The position numbers and the translations under genes were made by a program. Below are positions 1 through 8,464 of a stretch of DNA of 47,918 bases, piece by piece. The DNA comes from a virus. Location: positions 1-47,918 of IMG/VR virus record IMGVR_UViG_3300045988_031971; one strand, given 5' to 3'. The notes below the pieces were generated by a model. That model was given only the letters and a program-made list of their open reading frames with translations. It did not search any database and was not told the origin of the DNA. How positions within the stretch are numbered: position 1 is the stretch's first letter; each line of letters starts with the position of its first letter.

Positions 1-99
1 CTTTTTTTGTTTCTTCGCCAGTTAAAAGATAATCAACAGATACTTTAAAATATGTTGCGATTTTTGCCAGTTTATCTGCTGATAGGCTTTCGATTCTTC
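1..99. repeat. Terminal direct repeat, copy 1 (identical to 47820-47918)
   Basis: The string ctttttttgtttcttcgccag...gattcttc is read at both window ends. This is consistent with a circular contig overlap. Confidence 0.95.
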
Positions 100-214
100 C
101 CATTTTAAGGTCTGAAATATTCCCTCTGCTGATTCCTAAATCCGTACACATTTTCCCAGGTTTTATCCCGTTCTCAGAGCATAAGGAAAAAATTCTTTCG
201 TACAAGTTGTTCAT
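1..214 (-). CDS. CI-like XRE-family repressor, N-terminal part (gene wraps around the window ends)
   Basis: Minus-strand ATG at 214-212. Translation MNNLYERIFSLCSENGIKPGKMCTDLGISRGNISDLKMGRIESLSADKLAKIATYFKVSVDYLLTGEETKK is a classic XRE HTH. The frame continues into 47819 downward. Confidence 0.8.
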   Translation of the reverse strand, partial: MNNLYERIFSLCSENGIKPGKMCTDLGISRGNISDLKMGRIESLSADKLAKIATYFKVSVDYLLTGEETKK

Positions 215-220
215 AATTAA

Positions 221-370
221 GTACTCCGTTTTGTGCATGATCACAAAAGCACTTAATTTCGTGCGAAACTATTGACTTGCACTTAATCTAGTACTATAAT
301 GCAGTCATGGCAAGCACGAAATAAAGTACAATGTTTGGTGGTGCTTACATATTAGTACAATATTAAGTAC
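221..370. promoter_or_regulatory. Five 16-bp operator-like sites, GYAC-N8-GTRC, in the CI/Cro intergenic region
   Basis: Sites are GTACTCCGTTTTGTGC (221-236), GCACTTAATTTCGTGC (249-264), GCACTTAATCTAGTAC (279-294), GCACGAAATAAAGTAC (314-329) and GTACAATATTAAGTAC (355-370). Confidence 0.6.
272..300 (+). promoter_or_regulatory. Rightward early promoter (consensus sigma-70/SigA type)
   Basis: TTGACT (272-277), a 17-nt spacer, then TATAAT (295-300). The spacer is occupied by operator site 279-294. Confidence 0.7.
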
Positions 371-405
371 TTGTCAACCATAAATGTACGGAAGGAGGTA
401 TTTTC

Positions 406-645
406 GTGGATTCATGCAAATTCACGCCGTTTGGTTTGTGCGTAAAGACGGAGCTATTGAAGCGTGGCAAGACGCAGAAGTGGCTCGAGGAGGAGATCAC
501 AAACCGGACGGGGCTTTTTGCAGACAGCGGGTACATGGATAAGATTTTAAAGGGAAAGCGTAATGCCCCTAAGGTTGTCCAGGCCATCAGGGATATTTTG
601 GAGATTCAGGATTGCAATCAGGATACCAGCGCAGAAGCACAATAA
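406..645 (+). CDS. Cro-like small HTH regulator
   Basis: GTG start after RBS GGAAGGAGG. HTH-like segment VKTELLKRGKTQKWLEEEI. Divergent from the repressor. Confidence 0.6.
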   Translation: MDSCKFTPFGLCVKTELLKRGKTQKWLEEEITNRTGLFADSGYMDKILKGKRNAPKVVQAIRDILEIQDCNQDTSAEAQ

Positions 646-711
646 AACGGACTATTCCATAAAAATGGAAAAATAATCCGCCCCGGACGGCACGATAAAT
701 AAGGGAGGGGG

Positions 712-894
712 GTGAGAAAGACGGAGAAGGCAAAAGAAATCCTCGGAAAGCAGATGGAACTACTGTCCGAGGATTTAGGCAGAGAACTGAATTTGTCAGG
801 TGATTCAACTGATATCGGCGTAAATTCAAAAATATATGCTGGGTCATTTTTCATAAGAGAGCCATTGAGCCATATTATTTTCGAATCTCTATAA
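712..894 (+). CDS. Hypothetical small protein
   Basis: GTG start preceded by AAGGGAGGGG. No recognisable motif. Confidence 0.3.
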   Translation: MRKTEKAKEILGKQMELLSEDLGRELNLSGDSTDIGVNSKIYAGSFFIREPLSHIIFESL

Positions 895-984
895 CAGACA
901 GATCTTTGTTTACGGAATCAACCAAGTTAGCAACATCACAACATAACTAAAACATAGCCGCATCTTCGGCAGAAAGGAGACGTT

Positions 985-1248
985 ATGACGCTGGCAGAAA
1001 TCAAAGCCATGAACAAAGATGTCCTTCTTCCATCAGAAGCCGCGGGCCCACTTGGTTGTGATCCACACTATATCCGAGTGGCGGCGAAGAAGAGGCCGGA
1101 GCTACTTGGGTTCCCTGTAACACTGATTGGGAACCGGGTAAAGATCCCTCGCCTTGCTTTCATCCAGTACATGGAGGGGACCTTGGAAAATGAGGATGCC
1201 CCCGCCCGTGGTGGCACACGGGAGAGGGCAAGAACCGATGACCAGTGA
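985..1248 (+). CDS. Excisionase/AlpA-like HTH DNA-binding protein
   Basis: RBS AAAGGAG. The LLPSEAAGPLGCDPHYIRVAA...FPVTLIGNRVKIPRLAFIQYM pattern is typical of Xis-type winged HTH proteins. Confidence 0.5.
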   Translation: MTLAEIKAMNKDVLLPSEAAGPLGCDPHYIRVAAKKRPELLGFPVTLIGNRVKIPRLAFIQYMEGTLENEDAPARGGTRERARTDDQ

Positions 1249-2210
1249 AATCATCCTGTCCCTTGTATTGTAACACGGGGGCGGGAGGAATACAAGGAGG
1301 AAATGTGAGACAGCTAAATGTTGATCCCGAATTTCGGGATAAGATACCACCCTTGTCAGCAGACGAGTTTTCCAAACTGGAAGAAAATATCGTCACTGAT
1401 GGGGAGGTCCGAGAGCCGCTTGTGGTGTGGCACAACACCATCATTGATGGGCATCACCGTTACAAAATCGTCCAGAAACACCCGGAAATCCCATTCAAGG
1501 TTAAGCAGATGGACTTCCCTGATAAGTGGGCGGCTATTGTTTGGATGTGCCGGAACCAGTTGGGACGGCGGAATATTACCAGAGAACAGCGCGATTACCT
1601 TCTATCTCAAGAGTACGAGGCGCAGTGCAAGACGGTTGGTGGAGACGGCTCAAACCAGTACGAGAAGAAAGAGCAATTAGATGAAAACCATCAAATTGCA
1701 AAAGGAGACACAAGAGCTGCAATAGCGAAGTCTCATAACATTTCTCAATATGAAGTTCAAAAGGCTGTTGAGTTTGGCCGTGGCCTGGACGCTGCCGAAA
1801 AGGTTTCTCCCGGCATCAAAGAGGCCGTCCTTTCCGGCTCTGTAAAAGCCCCAAAGTCTGTTATCTCTGAAATCCGCAATGCCCCAGAGGAAAAGAAACG
1901 CGAGGCCGTGGAGGCTATCAAGAAGGGGGACACGGACACCGCGAAGGCGATTCTCCGCCCTATCCCAAAGGTTGAGCCGGAGGAACCGCCAGCCCCGTTC
2001 ACAGTTTCGGAGTTTCAGGAGCTTATCCATACAGCTATCAAGGCCCTGGATGCTTCTTTGAAACAGCATATGGTTCTTGTCCATCGGGAAATGCTTGATA
2101 TTCCGTCTGGGCGTGACGCTGCTATGAAGGAACTGGACAGGGGCATTGAGGTCATCGAAAAATATAAAAACATGATAAGGATGGTGAGCGAGAATGGCAC
2201 AGAAAATTGA
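1245..2210 (+). CDS. ParB/Sulfiredoxin-fold N-terminal domain protein
   Basis: EPLVVWHNTIIDGHHRYKIV (the DGHHR ParB-nuclease-type motif). The start codon is uncertain (GTG 1245 or an internal GTG). Confidence 0.65.
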   Translation: MKSSCPLYCNTGAGGIQGGNVRQLNVDPEFRDKIPPLSADEFSKLEENIVTDGEVREPLVVWHNTIIDGHHRYKIVQKHPEIPFKVKQMDFPDKWAAIVWMCRNQLGRRNITREQRDYLLSQEYEAQCKTVGGDGSNQYEKKEQLDENHQIAKGDTRAAIAKSHNISQYEVQKAVEFGRGLDAAEKVSPGIKEAVLSGSVKAPKSVISEIRNAPEEKKREAVEAIKKGDTDTAKAILRPIPKVEPEEPPAPFTVSEFQELIHTAIKALDASLKQHMVLVHREMLDIPSGRDAAMKELDRGIEVIEKYKNMIRMVSENGTEN

Positions 2211-2976
2211 AGTCCAGCTTTTAGACCTTAACACAAAGGACATTCTGATTGATGACCTCGGTCAAAGAGATGTAAACCGGAGACGGGCACAGTTCAACAA
2301 GATCATGCGTACATTCGACCCGAATCTCATCCAGCCTATCAGCGTAGCCCTGATTGATGGAAAGTATTACTGCTTCGACGGTCAAATGACCATGAAAGTA
2401 TTAAAGGCCAGAAACGCTGGTCGTGACCTCTGCGTAAAGTGTCGGGTCTATAACGGAATGACAAAGATGGACGCAGCTAATATGTTCATCAATCAAAGAG
2501 GTACAACAAGCCGTGTTACATTAACCGATAAAATTCGTGTTTTAGGGAATTACGGAGATCAGAAGTCCATGGATTTTCAACGAATTACGGAAAAGAACGG
2601 CCTTGAAATATCGTGGACAGGGAATAAGGCAAAAAACGCGGTTATAGCGGTCAGTACACTTTGGAACGAGTTCCTTTCTTTTAACGACAATGATCTTTAT
2701 GGGTGTTACATTCGAGTAATCAAACAGTCTTGGAATGGAGAACCAGCGGGCGCACAGGCACAAATTCTTCGCGGACTTGGACTGTTCATGAGGACATACA
2801 AAGGGCAGTTTAAAGAGGATATCCTAATTGAGAAACTGTCAAAGAAAAATCCGAATGATATCGTAAGAGATGCACAAGTGGATAGGACATCTGGAGCTAG
2901 AAAATACGCTGTCCAGATTTTGCTAGCTTACAACTTCGCTCAGAGAGAGGCCAACCGGTTGCCAAATCTCCTGTAA
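2194..2976 (+). CDS. Second ParB-like / DGQ-motif domain protein
   Basis: IQPISVALIDGKYYCFDGQMTMKVL resembles a ParB/DndB-type DGQHR-like core. Overlaps the previous gene. Confidence 0.45.
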   Translation: MAQKIEVQLLDLNTKDILIDDLGQRDVNRRRAQFNKIMRTFDPNLIQPISVALIDGKYYCFDGQMTMKVLKARNAGRDLCVKCRVYNGMTKMDAANMFINQRGTTSRVTLTDKIRVLGNYGDQKSMDFQRITEKNGLEISWTGNKAKNAVIAVSTLWNEFLSFNDNDLYGCYIRVIKQSWNGEPAGAQAQILRGLGLFMRTYKGQFKEDILIEKLSKKNPNDIVRDAQVDRTSGARKYAVQILLAYNFAQREANRLPNLL

Positions 2977-3104
2977 ATAAAAGCGCCCCGGCCAGCGCAC
3001 CACCGCCGACCGAGGCTAGCAAACCTAACTGATAGCGCCAATTAGGCTTGATAGATATATGATACTAGAACATTCGTTCTCTGTCAAGCCGGAAAGGAAA
3101 AAAT

Positions 3105-3272
3105 ATGGCAGAGAAAGAGACAAAAATTGGACGCCTCAGCTCCATTAAGGAGCTCGGAGAGCTTGGCGGTGATGTCAAAAACCAAATGGATTGGCTGAAC
3201 ACTCAGGTGTATGGCATGACGTTTGATGAGCTGATCCGGTATATGGGGAGGCGTGACGATGACGCCAAATGA
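3105..3272 (+). CDS. Hypothetical small acidic protein (55 aa)
   Basis: ATG after GGAAAGGAAAAAAT. Translation MAEKETKIGRLSSIKELGELGGDVKNQMDWLNTQVYGMTFDELIRYMGRRDDDAK. Overlaps the downstream HTH gene. Confidence 0.45.
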   Translation: MAEKETKIGRLSSIKELGELGGDVKNQMDWLNTQVYGMTFDELIRYMGRRDDDAK

Positions 3273-3453
3273 GACCATCCGCCGCATCACCCAGCAAGCT
3301 ATGGAGCGGCACCGGCTCTCACAAAGGGGTCTTGCCCATGAGATCGGATGCGGCGAAGGCTCTATTGCAAAGATTCTGGACGAGCAGGAGGTTCGTCTCA
3401 CTCAGGAGCAGTGGTTTTATTTGATGACGTTGGGAGGGAAGCAGCTTGCGTGA
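3253..3453 (+). CDS. Small XRE-like HTH protein
   Basis: The segment RLSQRGLAHEIGCGEGSIAKIL has an HTH pattern. Confidence 0.55.
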   Translation: MTMTPNETIRRITQQAMERHRLSQRGLAHEIGCGEGSIAKILDEQEVRLTQEQWFYLMTLGGKQLA

Positions 3454-3537
3454 CTGGATGCTCGTGGGCGCATACGCCTGCATTATTGTAGCAATGGCGC
3501 TGATAATTTGGGACATATGGGATAGGAGAAGGAAGAA

Positions 3538-3660
3538 ATGAGAACACGAGAAGAGCGCCGCCAGAGGGCCCGAGAGATCCGGTGGATGATCGGAGTAGGA
3601 GCAATGCTCTGCCTGACCTTCTGGGGCGGTATGGCATTTGCCTTTTGGGTCATGGGGTGA
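3538..3660 (+). CDS. Small membrane protein (40 aa)
   Basis: RBS AGGAGAAGGAAG. Translation MRTREERRQRAREIRWMIGVGAMLCLTFWGGMAFAFWVMG contains one TM helix. Confidence 0.4.
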   Translation: MRTREERRQRAREIRWMIGVGAMLCLTFWGGMAFAFWVMG

Positions 3661-3664
3661 TGAA

Positions 3665-3880
3665 ATGGAGAACATCGAACATCCAGACATCACCGCTGCC
3701 ATGCGGACGGGGTATCCAGAACACATGAACTCGGAGAATCAAGACAGCCCAGAGAATCGGACGCAGTTTATCAATGAGAGGCCCGATCTTCTGATCAGAT
3801 GGCTTCGCCTTGGATACCCGGATATCTTAGAGGAATACATTGAAATGAACGGCCCAGATTATCGGGAATGGTTGAATTAG
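3665..3880 (+). CDS. Hypothetical protein
   Basis: In-frame ATG after GGGGTGA. No recognisable motif. Confidence 0.45.
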   Translation: MENIEHPDITAAMRTGYPEHMNSENQDSPENRTQFINERPDLLIRWLRLGYPDILEEYIEMNGPDYREWLN

Positions 3881-3888
3881 GAGGAATT

Positions 3889-4470
3889 ATGGATTTCAAA
3901 GCGCTTCAGGAAGCAAACGATTCCATTGAACTGACTGATATCAAAGGGAAGAAGTATGCACAAGTCAACCAACGAATCAAGGCGTTTCGTATGTGCTACC
4001 CAGAGGGAGCTATTGTGACTGAACTCAAAAACGACACAAATGGACGGTGTGTGTTTGGGGCAACAATTTATGCGGAATACCCAGGCAAAATATTGGGTAC
4101 AGGGACAGCCTATGAGAGCGAAGATGCCAGTTATATAAATAAGACATCTTATCTCGAAAACTGCGAGACCTCTGCTGTTGGCCGTGCGTTAGGAATGTGC
4201 GGCTTTGGCATTGATACAGCAGTATCTTCTGCGGAAGAAACTGCAAATAGGCAAGAATTGATGGACCTTTCTTTATATGCGGAGGAACTTCAAGGTTACA
4301 CCCCGAAATGCGCTGATTGTAAGAAAGGGATCTTGCCAATCTATAAACGAGATAAAACACCATGGCATGTGAATGAGATAGTTATCTATTCCACTGGGCG
4401 GTTTAATCGATGCCTGTGCCCAGACTGCCAGAAGAAGGCTCTTTCGGCTGAAAAGGCGGCAAGTAAATGA
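3889..4470 (+). CDS. Rad52/Sak-like single-strand annealing protein with a C-terminal zinc ribbon
   Basis: RBS TAGGAGGAAT. GTGTAYE...ENCETSAVGRALGMCGFGI matches the Rad52-type annealase signature. The C-terminus carries CADCKK...CLCPDCQKK. Confidence 0.55.
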   Translation: MDFKALQEANDSIELTDIKGKKYAQVNQRIKAFRMCYPEGAIVTELKNDTNGRCVFGATIYAEYPGKILGTGTAYESEDASYINKTSYLENCETSAVGRALGMCGFGIDTAVSSAEETANRQELMDLSLYAEELQGYTPKCADCKKGILPIYKRDKTPWHVNEIVIYSTGRFNRCLCPDCQKKALSAEKAASK

Positions 4471-5006
4471 ATCTTACATTTCAAGATGCCAAGATACAGA
4501 CGGACGGCGGAGTATGGCTCTGTATAAAAGTCAATGAGCCGGCTTTAGCCAGAACCTTCATCCTGGACAAGCAAAATCGTCTCTATGACTGCGAGATCAA
4601 GGAGCACCGGGAAAAGCGGAGCCTGGATGCCAATGCCTACTGCTGGGTCCTTTTGGACAAGCTGGCGGACGCTATCCGCTCCACGAAGGAGGAGATCTAC
4701 CTCCAGAAGGTGCGGGAAATCGGGATTTTCCGGGACTTCATTCTGGAGGAGGCTGCGGTCAAGACCTTCCGCACGGTGTGGGAAAGGCAGGGGACGGGAT
4801 GGCCCACGGAAATTGTGGATTATTCCAGGTCCGGGGATCGTCAGGTAGTTCGGGCGTACTACGGCTCCAGCCAATATAACACAAAGCAGATGTCCAGACT
4901 CATTGACAGCATCGTGCAGGACTGCAAAGACCTTGGAATTGAGACATTGCCGCCAGAAAAGCTTGCGGCTATGAAAGAGGAGTGGGGACATGCATCGTCA
5001 GACTAA
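4467..5006 (+). CDS. NinB/Orf-like recombination mediator
   Basis: REKRSLDANAYCWVLLDKLA resembles the lambda NinB RSLDQN..W motif. Sits in a recombination gene neighbourhood. Confidence 0.55.
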   Translation: MNLTFQDAKIQTDGGVWLCIKVNEPALARTFILDKQNRLYDCEIKEHREKRSLDANAYCWVLLDKLADAIRSTKEEIYLQKVREIGIFRDFILEEAAVKTFRTVWERQGTGWPTEIVDYSRSGDRQVVRAYYGSSQYNTKQMSRLIDSIVQDCKDLGIETLPPEKLAAMKEEWGHASSD

Positions 5007-5334
5007 GGCAACATCTATATCTGCGAAGGTAAAGGATACTGTGGCCGAAAGAGACTGTACCAACGGACCGGCAACCTGTATCCTCTGCGGTGCTCCTGGC
5101 GGTCCCCACTGTCATGTGGTGCGCAGATCTCAGGGCGGAATGGGGGTTGAGGAGAACATCGTCACCCTCTGTGATAAATGTCACTATGCTTTTGATGAAG
5201 GGCTGTTTATGGACCGGCTTCGCCCGTTGGGATTTAACAGCCGTGAGGACATCCGTACTTATATCATCGACTACCTCAAAGGATTTTACCCTGACTGGAG
5301 CGAGGAGAAGGTGAGGTACAAAAAATGGGACTGA
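4990..5334 (+). CDS. HNH-family nuclease
   Basis: CILCG...HCHVVRRSQGG...NIVTLCDKCH (HNH with flanking Cys pairs). Confidence 0.6.
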   Translation: MHRQTKATSISAKVKDTVAERDCTNGPATCILCGAPGGPHCHVVRRSQGGMGVEENIVTLCDKCHYAFDEGLFMDRLRPLGFNSREDIRTYIIDYLKGFYPDWSEEKVRYKKWD

Positions 5335-5549
5335 CACAGTGTGAGCGAGTGCTGCACTATATGGAGGACTTTGGGACCATCAACCCCATGCAGGCCATTC
5401 AGGACCTTGGATGCTACCGCCTGGGGGCCCGTATCTGGGACCTGCGTCATGCTGGACATCCTATCTCCCGCCGTATGGTATCAGGAAAAAACAGGTATGG
5501 CGATAGTGTCAGCTATGCCGAATACAGATTGGAGAATAGAAATGCTTAA
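5325..5549 (+). CDS. Winged-helix DNA-binding protein
   Basis: CERVLHYMEDFGTINPMQAIQDLGCYRLGARIWDLRHAGHPI is a typical small phage wHTH. Confidence 0.5.
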   Translation: MGLTQCERVLHYMEDFGTINPMQAIQDLGCYRLGARIWDLRHAGHPISRRMVSGKNRYGDSVSYAEYRLENRNA

Positions 5550-5952
5550 CCATATCACTATTATGGGACGTTTGACCCGAGATCCAGAGCTCCGGCACAC
5601 CCAGACCGGAACGGCTGTGGCCTCCTTCACTCTGGCGGTGGACCGGGACTTTAAGGATAAGGCTACTGGAGACTGCACTACCGATTTCATTGATGTGGTA
5701 GCTTGGCGGCAGACCGGCGAGTTTGTCAGCCGCTACTTCACAAAAGGTCGCATGGCCGTGGTAGATGGCCGCCTTCAGCTCCGTGACTGGACGGACAAGG
5801 ACGGCAACAAACGCCGGAGTGCTGAGGTCATTGCAAACAATGTCTACTTCGGGGACTCCAAACGAGATCCTGGGTCCGATGCTCAATATGGAAATGATGA
5901 GCAGGAGCAGTTTGCTGTGCTTACAGATGATGATGGCAGTTTGCCCTTTTAA
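5542..5952 (+). CDS. ssb: Single-stranded DNA-binding protein
   Basis: MLNHITIMGRLTRDPELRHTQTGTAVASFTLAV OB-fold signature, with an acidic tail DDDGSLPF. Confidence 0.9.
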   Translation: MLNHITIMGRLTRDPELRHTQTGTAVASFTLAVDRDFKDKATGDCTTDFIDVVAWRQTGEFVSRYFTKGRMAVVDGRLQLRDWTDKDGNKRRSAEVIANNVYFGDSKRDPGSDAQYGNDEQEQFAVLTDDDGSLPF

Positions 5953-5965
5953 GGGGGCATGAAGT

Positions 5966-6610
5966 GTGCCGAACCGAATTATAAAAGAATCGATTTGTAC
6001 AAGTGAAAGTCTTGATGGATTGAGCTGGTTTGAAGAAGTCTTTTTCTTTCGGTTGATCGTGAATTGTGATGATTATGGGCGCTTTGATGCAAGACCGGCG
6101 GTTTTGAAAGCAAGGCTTTTCCCGCTGAAGGATCGGATCACTCTGAAGGATGTGTCCAGTGCGCTGACGAAGCTGGCGGATATAGGCATCGTGAGGCTGT
6201 ACGAGTGTGACAGTAAGCCGTACCTATATCTCCCAACATGGGAAGTCCACCAAACCATCCGTGCGAAGAAAAGCAAGTATCCAGCTCCTGATCTCAGCGA
6301 GAGTACATCTGAAATCATTTGCAAGCAATTGCAAGCAAATGTCTCCGTAATCCAATCCAATCCGAATCCAAAAGAAAAGACCCCTTCGGGGTCTAAAAGA
6401 AAAAGTTTTGATCCGCCAACAGTAGACGAAGTTCGGGAATATTGCGAGGGGAAGAAGAACGGAATAGACCCTGAAGCATTTGTAGACTATTATGCGGCAA
6501 GAGGCTGGAAGTACGGCCCGGGTCGTCCGGTCGTGGACTGGAAAGCCGCAGTAAGGACCTGGGAAAATAGGAGGAAGCAATCAGATGGCGATGACTACTG
6601 GAGCAAGTGA
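5966..6610 (+). CDS. Replication initiator / replisome-organizer-like protein (DnaD-like C-terminal domain)
   Basis: GTG start. C-terminal VDEVREYCEGKKNGIDPEAFVDYYAARGW...DWKAAVRTWENR is typical of phage DnaD-like organizers. Iterons lie in the linker-coding region. Confidence 0.6.
   Translation: MPNRIIKESICTSESLDGLSWFEEVFFFRLIVNCDDYGRFDARPAVLKARLFPLKDRITLKDVSSALTKLADIGIVRLYECDSKPYLYLPTWEVHQTIRAKKSKYPAPDLSESTSEIICKQLQANVSVIQSNPNPKEKTPSGSKRKSFDPPTVDEVREYCEGKKNGIDPEAFVDYYAARGWKYGPGRPVVDWKAAVRTWENRRKQSDGDDYWSK
6319..6410. repeat. Iteron-like repeats and an A-tract-flanked hairpin (candidate phage ori)
   Basis: TTGCAAGCAA x2 (6319-6338), AATCC x4 (6349-6369), and hairpin GACCCC-TTCG-GGGTC (6379-6393) flanked by AAAAGAAAA tracts. 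Confidence 0.45.
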
Positions 6611-7868
6611 TGCGCTGTTGTTCCGGCCTGATATGATGGACCCATCACAGCCGTCTGGGCTGTGGTGGTGTAAGGACGCAGAAGACATGCAGACTGTTGG
6701 AATGAACGCTGTGTGCAAAGGGATTCTAGCCGAGTGGAAGGAGCTCGAGCCGTGGATGGAGTATATCAACTCTTTCCCCTACATCCTGATCGTGATACCA
6801 CCGGGGCTGGAACAGGATACAGCAGCCGCAGAGCTGGAGGCAAGGGTGTCCATCCCGATTATCATCCCTACAGCAGATAGTTTTCATGGGTATAAGAGCT
6901 TGTTCTCCTTGGTTGGAGAACGTGGGATAAGAGCCTTGGATAATCTTCTGCTGAACGGAGAAGAAGCCCCTGTTCATGGAATCATCAACCTTGCAGATGT
7001 GGATTGCCAGAAAAGAAAAAATGCAAAGCGTGTGATCTCTGGAATACATGAACTGGACACTGCAATTGGTGGTTTTTCTTCCGGGGAATTATCCGTTTGG
7101 ACAGGGAAACGTGGAGAAGGGAAGAGCACACTTCTGGGGCAGATCCTGCTTGATGCAGTCAATCAGAACCATGTTGTATGTGCCTATTCCGGTGAACTGC
7201 CAAAAGAGCAGTTTAAACTCGGTCTATTGCAGCAGGCGGCTGGATATCTCAATGTGACACGAAGAGTGGATCAGAGAAGCGGTCGGGTCCTGTTTGACGT
7301 GAATAAAGAGGTCCTTCCTTATATCGACAAATGGTGGAACGAGCGCCTTTTCTTAACAGACATCCAAAGAAAAGAGGCGCACGATGAAGCAAACATTCTA
7401 AAGATTTTTGAGTATGCCAACCGTCGATATGGAGCAGATACGTTCCTGGTAGATAACATTATGACTGCGGAACTGAAAGACGAATCAAGCCTTGGATTCT
7501 GGAGGGCTCAGTCCTCATTTACAGGGCGTCTGGTTGCTTTTGCCAAAAGACTTGACGTGCATGTGCACCTTGTGGCACACCCAAGAAAGACAGAGGGCAG
7601 ACGTTTGGAGGCGGATGACGTTGGAGGATCTAGCGACATTACAAACAGAGCTGACAATGTATTCAAGGTTGAACGAGTACCCGAGGAGAGAGAACAGGAG
7701 CTTGGGTACTCCTCCCTACTCACTATTTTGAAAAATAGAGAGTTCGGAGCTAGAGCAAGGATCAAACTTGAATATAACGAGCCATCCAGAAGATTATATG
7801 AAGCTGGAGGGCGGCCGATAAAGTGCTATTCATGGGAGGAGGCGCGGAAACGTGGACAGAGTCTATGA
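6585..7868 (+). CDS. DnaB-like replicative helicase (RecA-type ATPase domain)
   Basis: Walker A TGKRGEGKST, Walker B-like FLVDNIM, and a DnaB C-terminal domain pattern. Confidence 0.7.
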   Translation: MAMTTGASDALLFRPDMMDPSQPSGLWWCKDAEDMQTVGMNAVCKGILAEWKELEPWMEYINSFPYILIVIPPGLEQDTAAAELEARVSIPIIIPTADSFHGYKSLFSLVGERGIRALDNLLLNGEEAPVHGIINLADVDCQKRKNAKRVISGIHELDTAIGGFSSGELSVWTGKRGEGKSTLLGQILLDAVNQNHVVCAYSGELPKEQFKLGLLQQAAGYLNVTRRVDQRSGRVLFDVNKEVLPYIDKWWNERLFLTDIQRKEAHDEANILKIFEYANRRYGADTFLVDNIMTAELKDESSLGFWRAQSSFTGRLVAFAKRLDVHVHLVAHPRKTEGRRLEADDVGGSSDITNRADNVFKVERVPEEREQELGYSSLLTILKNREFGARARIKLEYNEPSRRLYEAGGRPIKCYSWEEARKRGQSL

Positions 7869-7875
7869 ATTAGTC

Positions 7876-8013
7876 ATGGGCGAAATCAAAAGAAAGCGTG
7901 CTCAGAGAGATTTTATGAGGTCAGAAGGTCTTGATAGATATTCGGAAATGTATGAAGAGGTAGCAGTCGCCCTACAAACAGTTTTAGATTCGTATTCCAA
8001 ATCGCTAGAGTAA
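7876..8013 (+). CDS. Hypothetical small protein (45 aa)
   Basis: ORF MGEIKRKRAQRDFMRSEGLDRYSEMYEEVAVALQTVLDSYSKSLE fills an intergenic gap. Confidence 0.35.
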   Translation: MGEIKRKRAQRDFMRSEGLDRYSEMYEEVAVALQTVLDSYSKSLE

Positions 8014-8026
8014 GGGGTGCGGAGGA

Positions 8027-8419
8027 ATGCTGAGTTTTATCATCAACTACCCAACGACCCAAAAAGGGAAGTCAGAATGGAACCGGAGATTTGGCCTGAA
8101 TGCCTATTACGCGGGAAAGCACCCACAGCAGCGGCGGAGGGACGCGGAAGAGCTCCATATGATCGCTCGGTCGGCTATGCACAAGGCAGGGATCAGGAGC
8201 AAGATGATAGACCGACCGGTGAAGGTTAAATTTTACTGGGATGACGGCCTGGACTGCGATAATCATGCGGTTTTAGGGAAAGCGTTTTTGGACGCAATGA
8301 AAGGGTACATATTACCGGATGATAACCGGAGGTGGGTCCAGAAGGTGTCACATGAGTTCTGGGATGGGGGCGCGATCAAGGTCGAGATCATGCCAGGAGG
8401 TAGGCCGTATGCCGCTTGA
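8027..8419 (+). CDS. rusA: RusA-family Holliday junction resolvase
   Basis: DGLDCDNHAVLGKAFLDAMKG (the RusA D-x-D-N ... K..LD motif). Size is about 130 aa. Confidence 0.7.
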   Translation: MLSFIINYPTTQKGKSEWNRRFGLNAYYAGKHPQQRRRDAEELHMIARSAMHKAGIRSKMIDRPVKVKFYWDDGLDCDNHAVLGKAFLDAMKGYILPDDNRRWVQKVSHEFWDGGAIKVEIMPGGRPYAA

Positions 8420-8464
8420 TACACTGAGGAGATATAAGGCCATATTGAGGAAGCGAGGAAAGCT

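Noticed and set aside
5341-5541. The 67-codon N-terminal extension of the SSB ORF. Similar tracked extensions occur at 20382-20570, 12980-13141, 11217-11273, 38609-38641 and 47681-47767.
   Set aside because: The extensions overlap upstream genes or lack an RBS. Internal ATGs preceded by good Shine-Dalgarno sequences give canonical N-termini.
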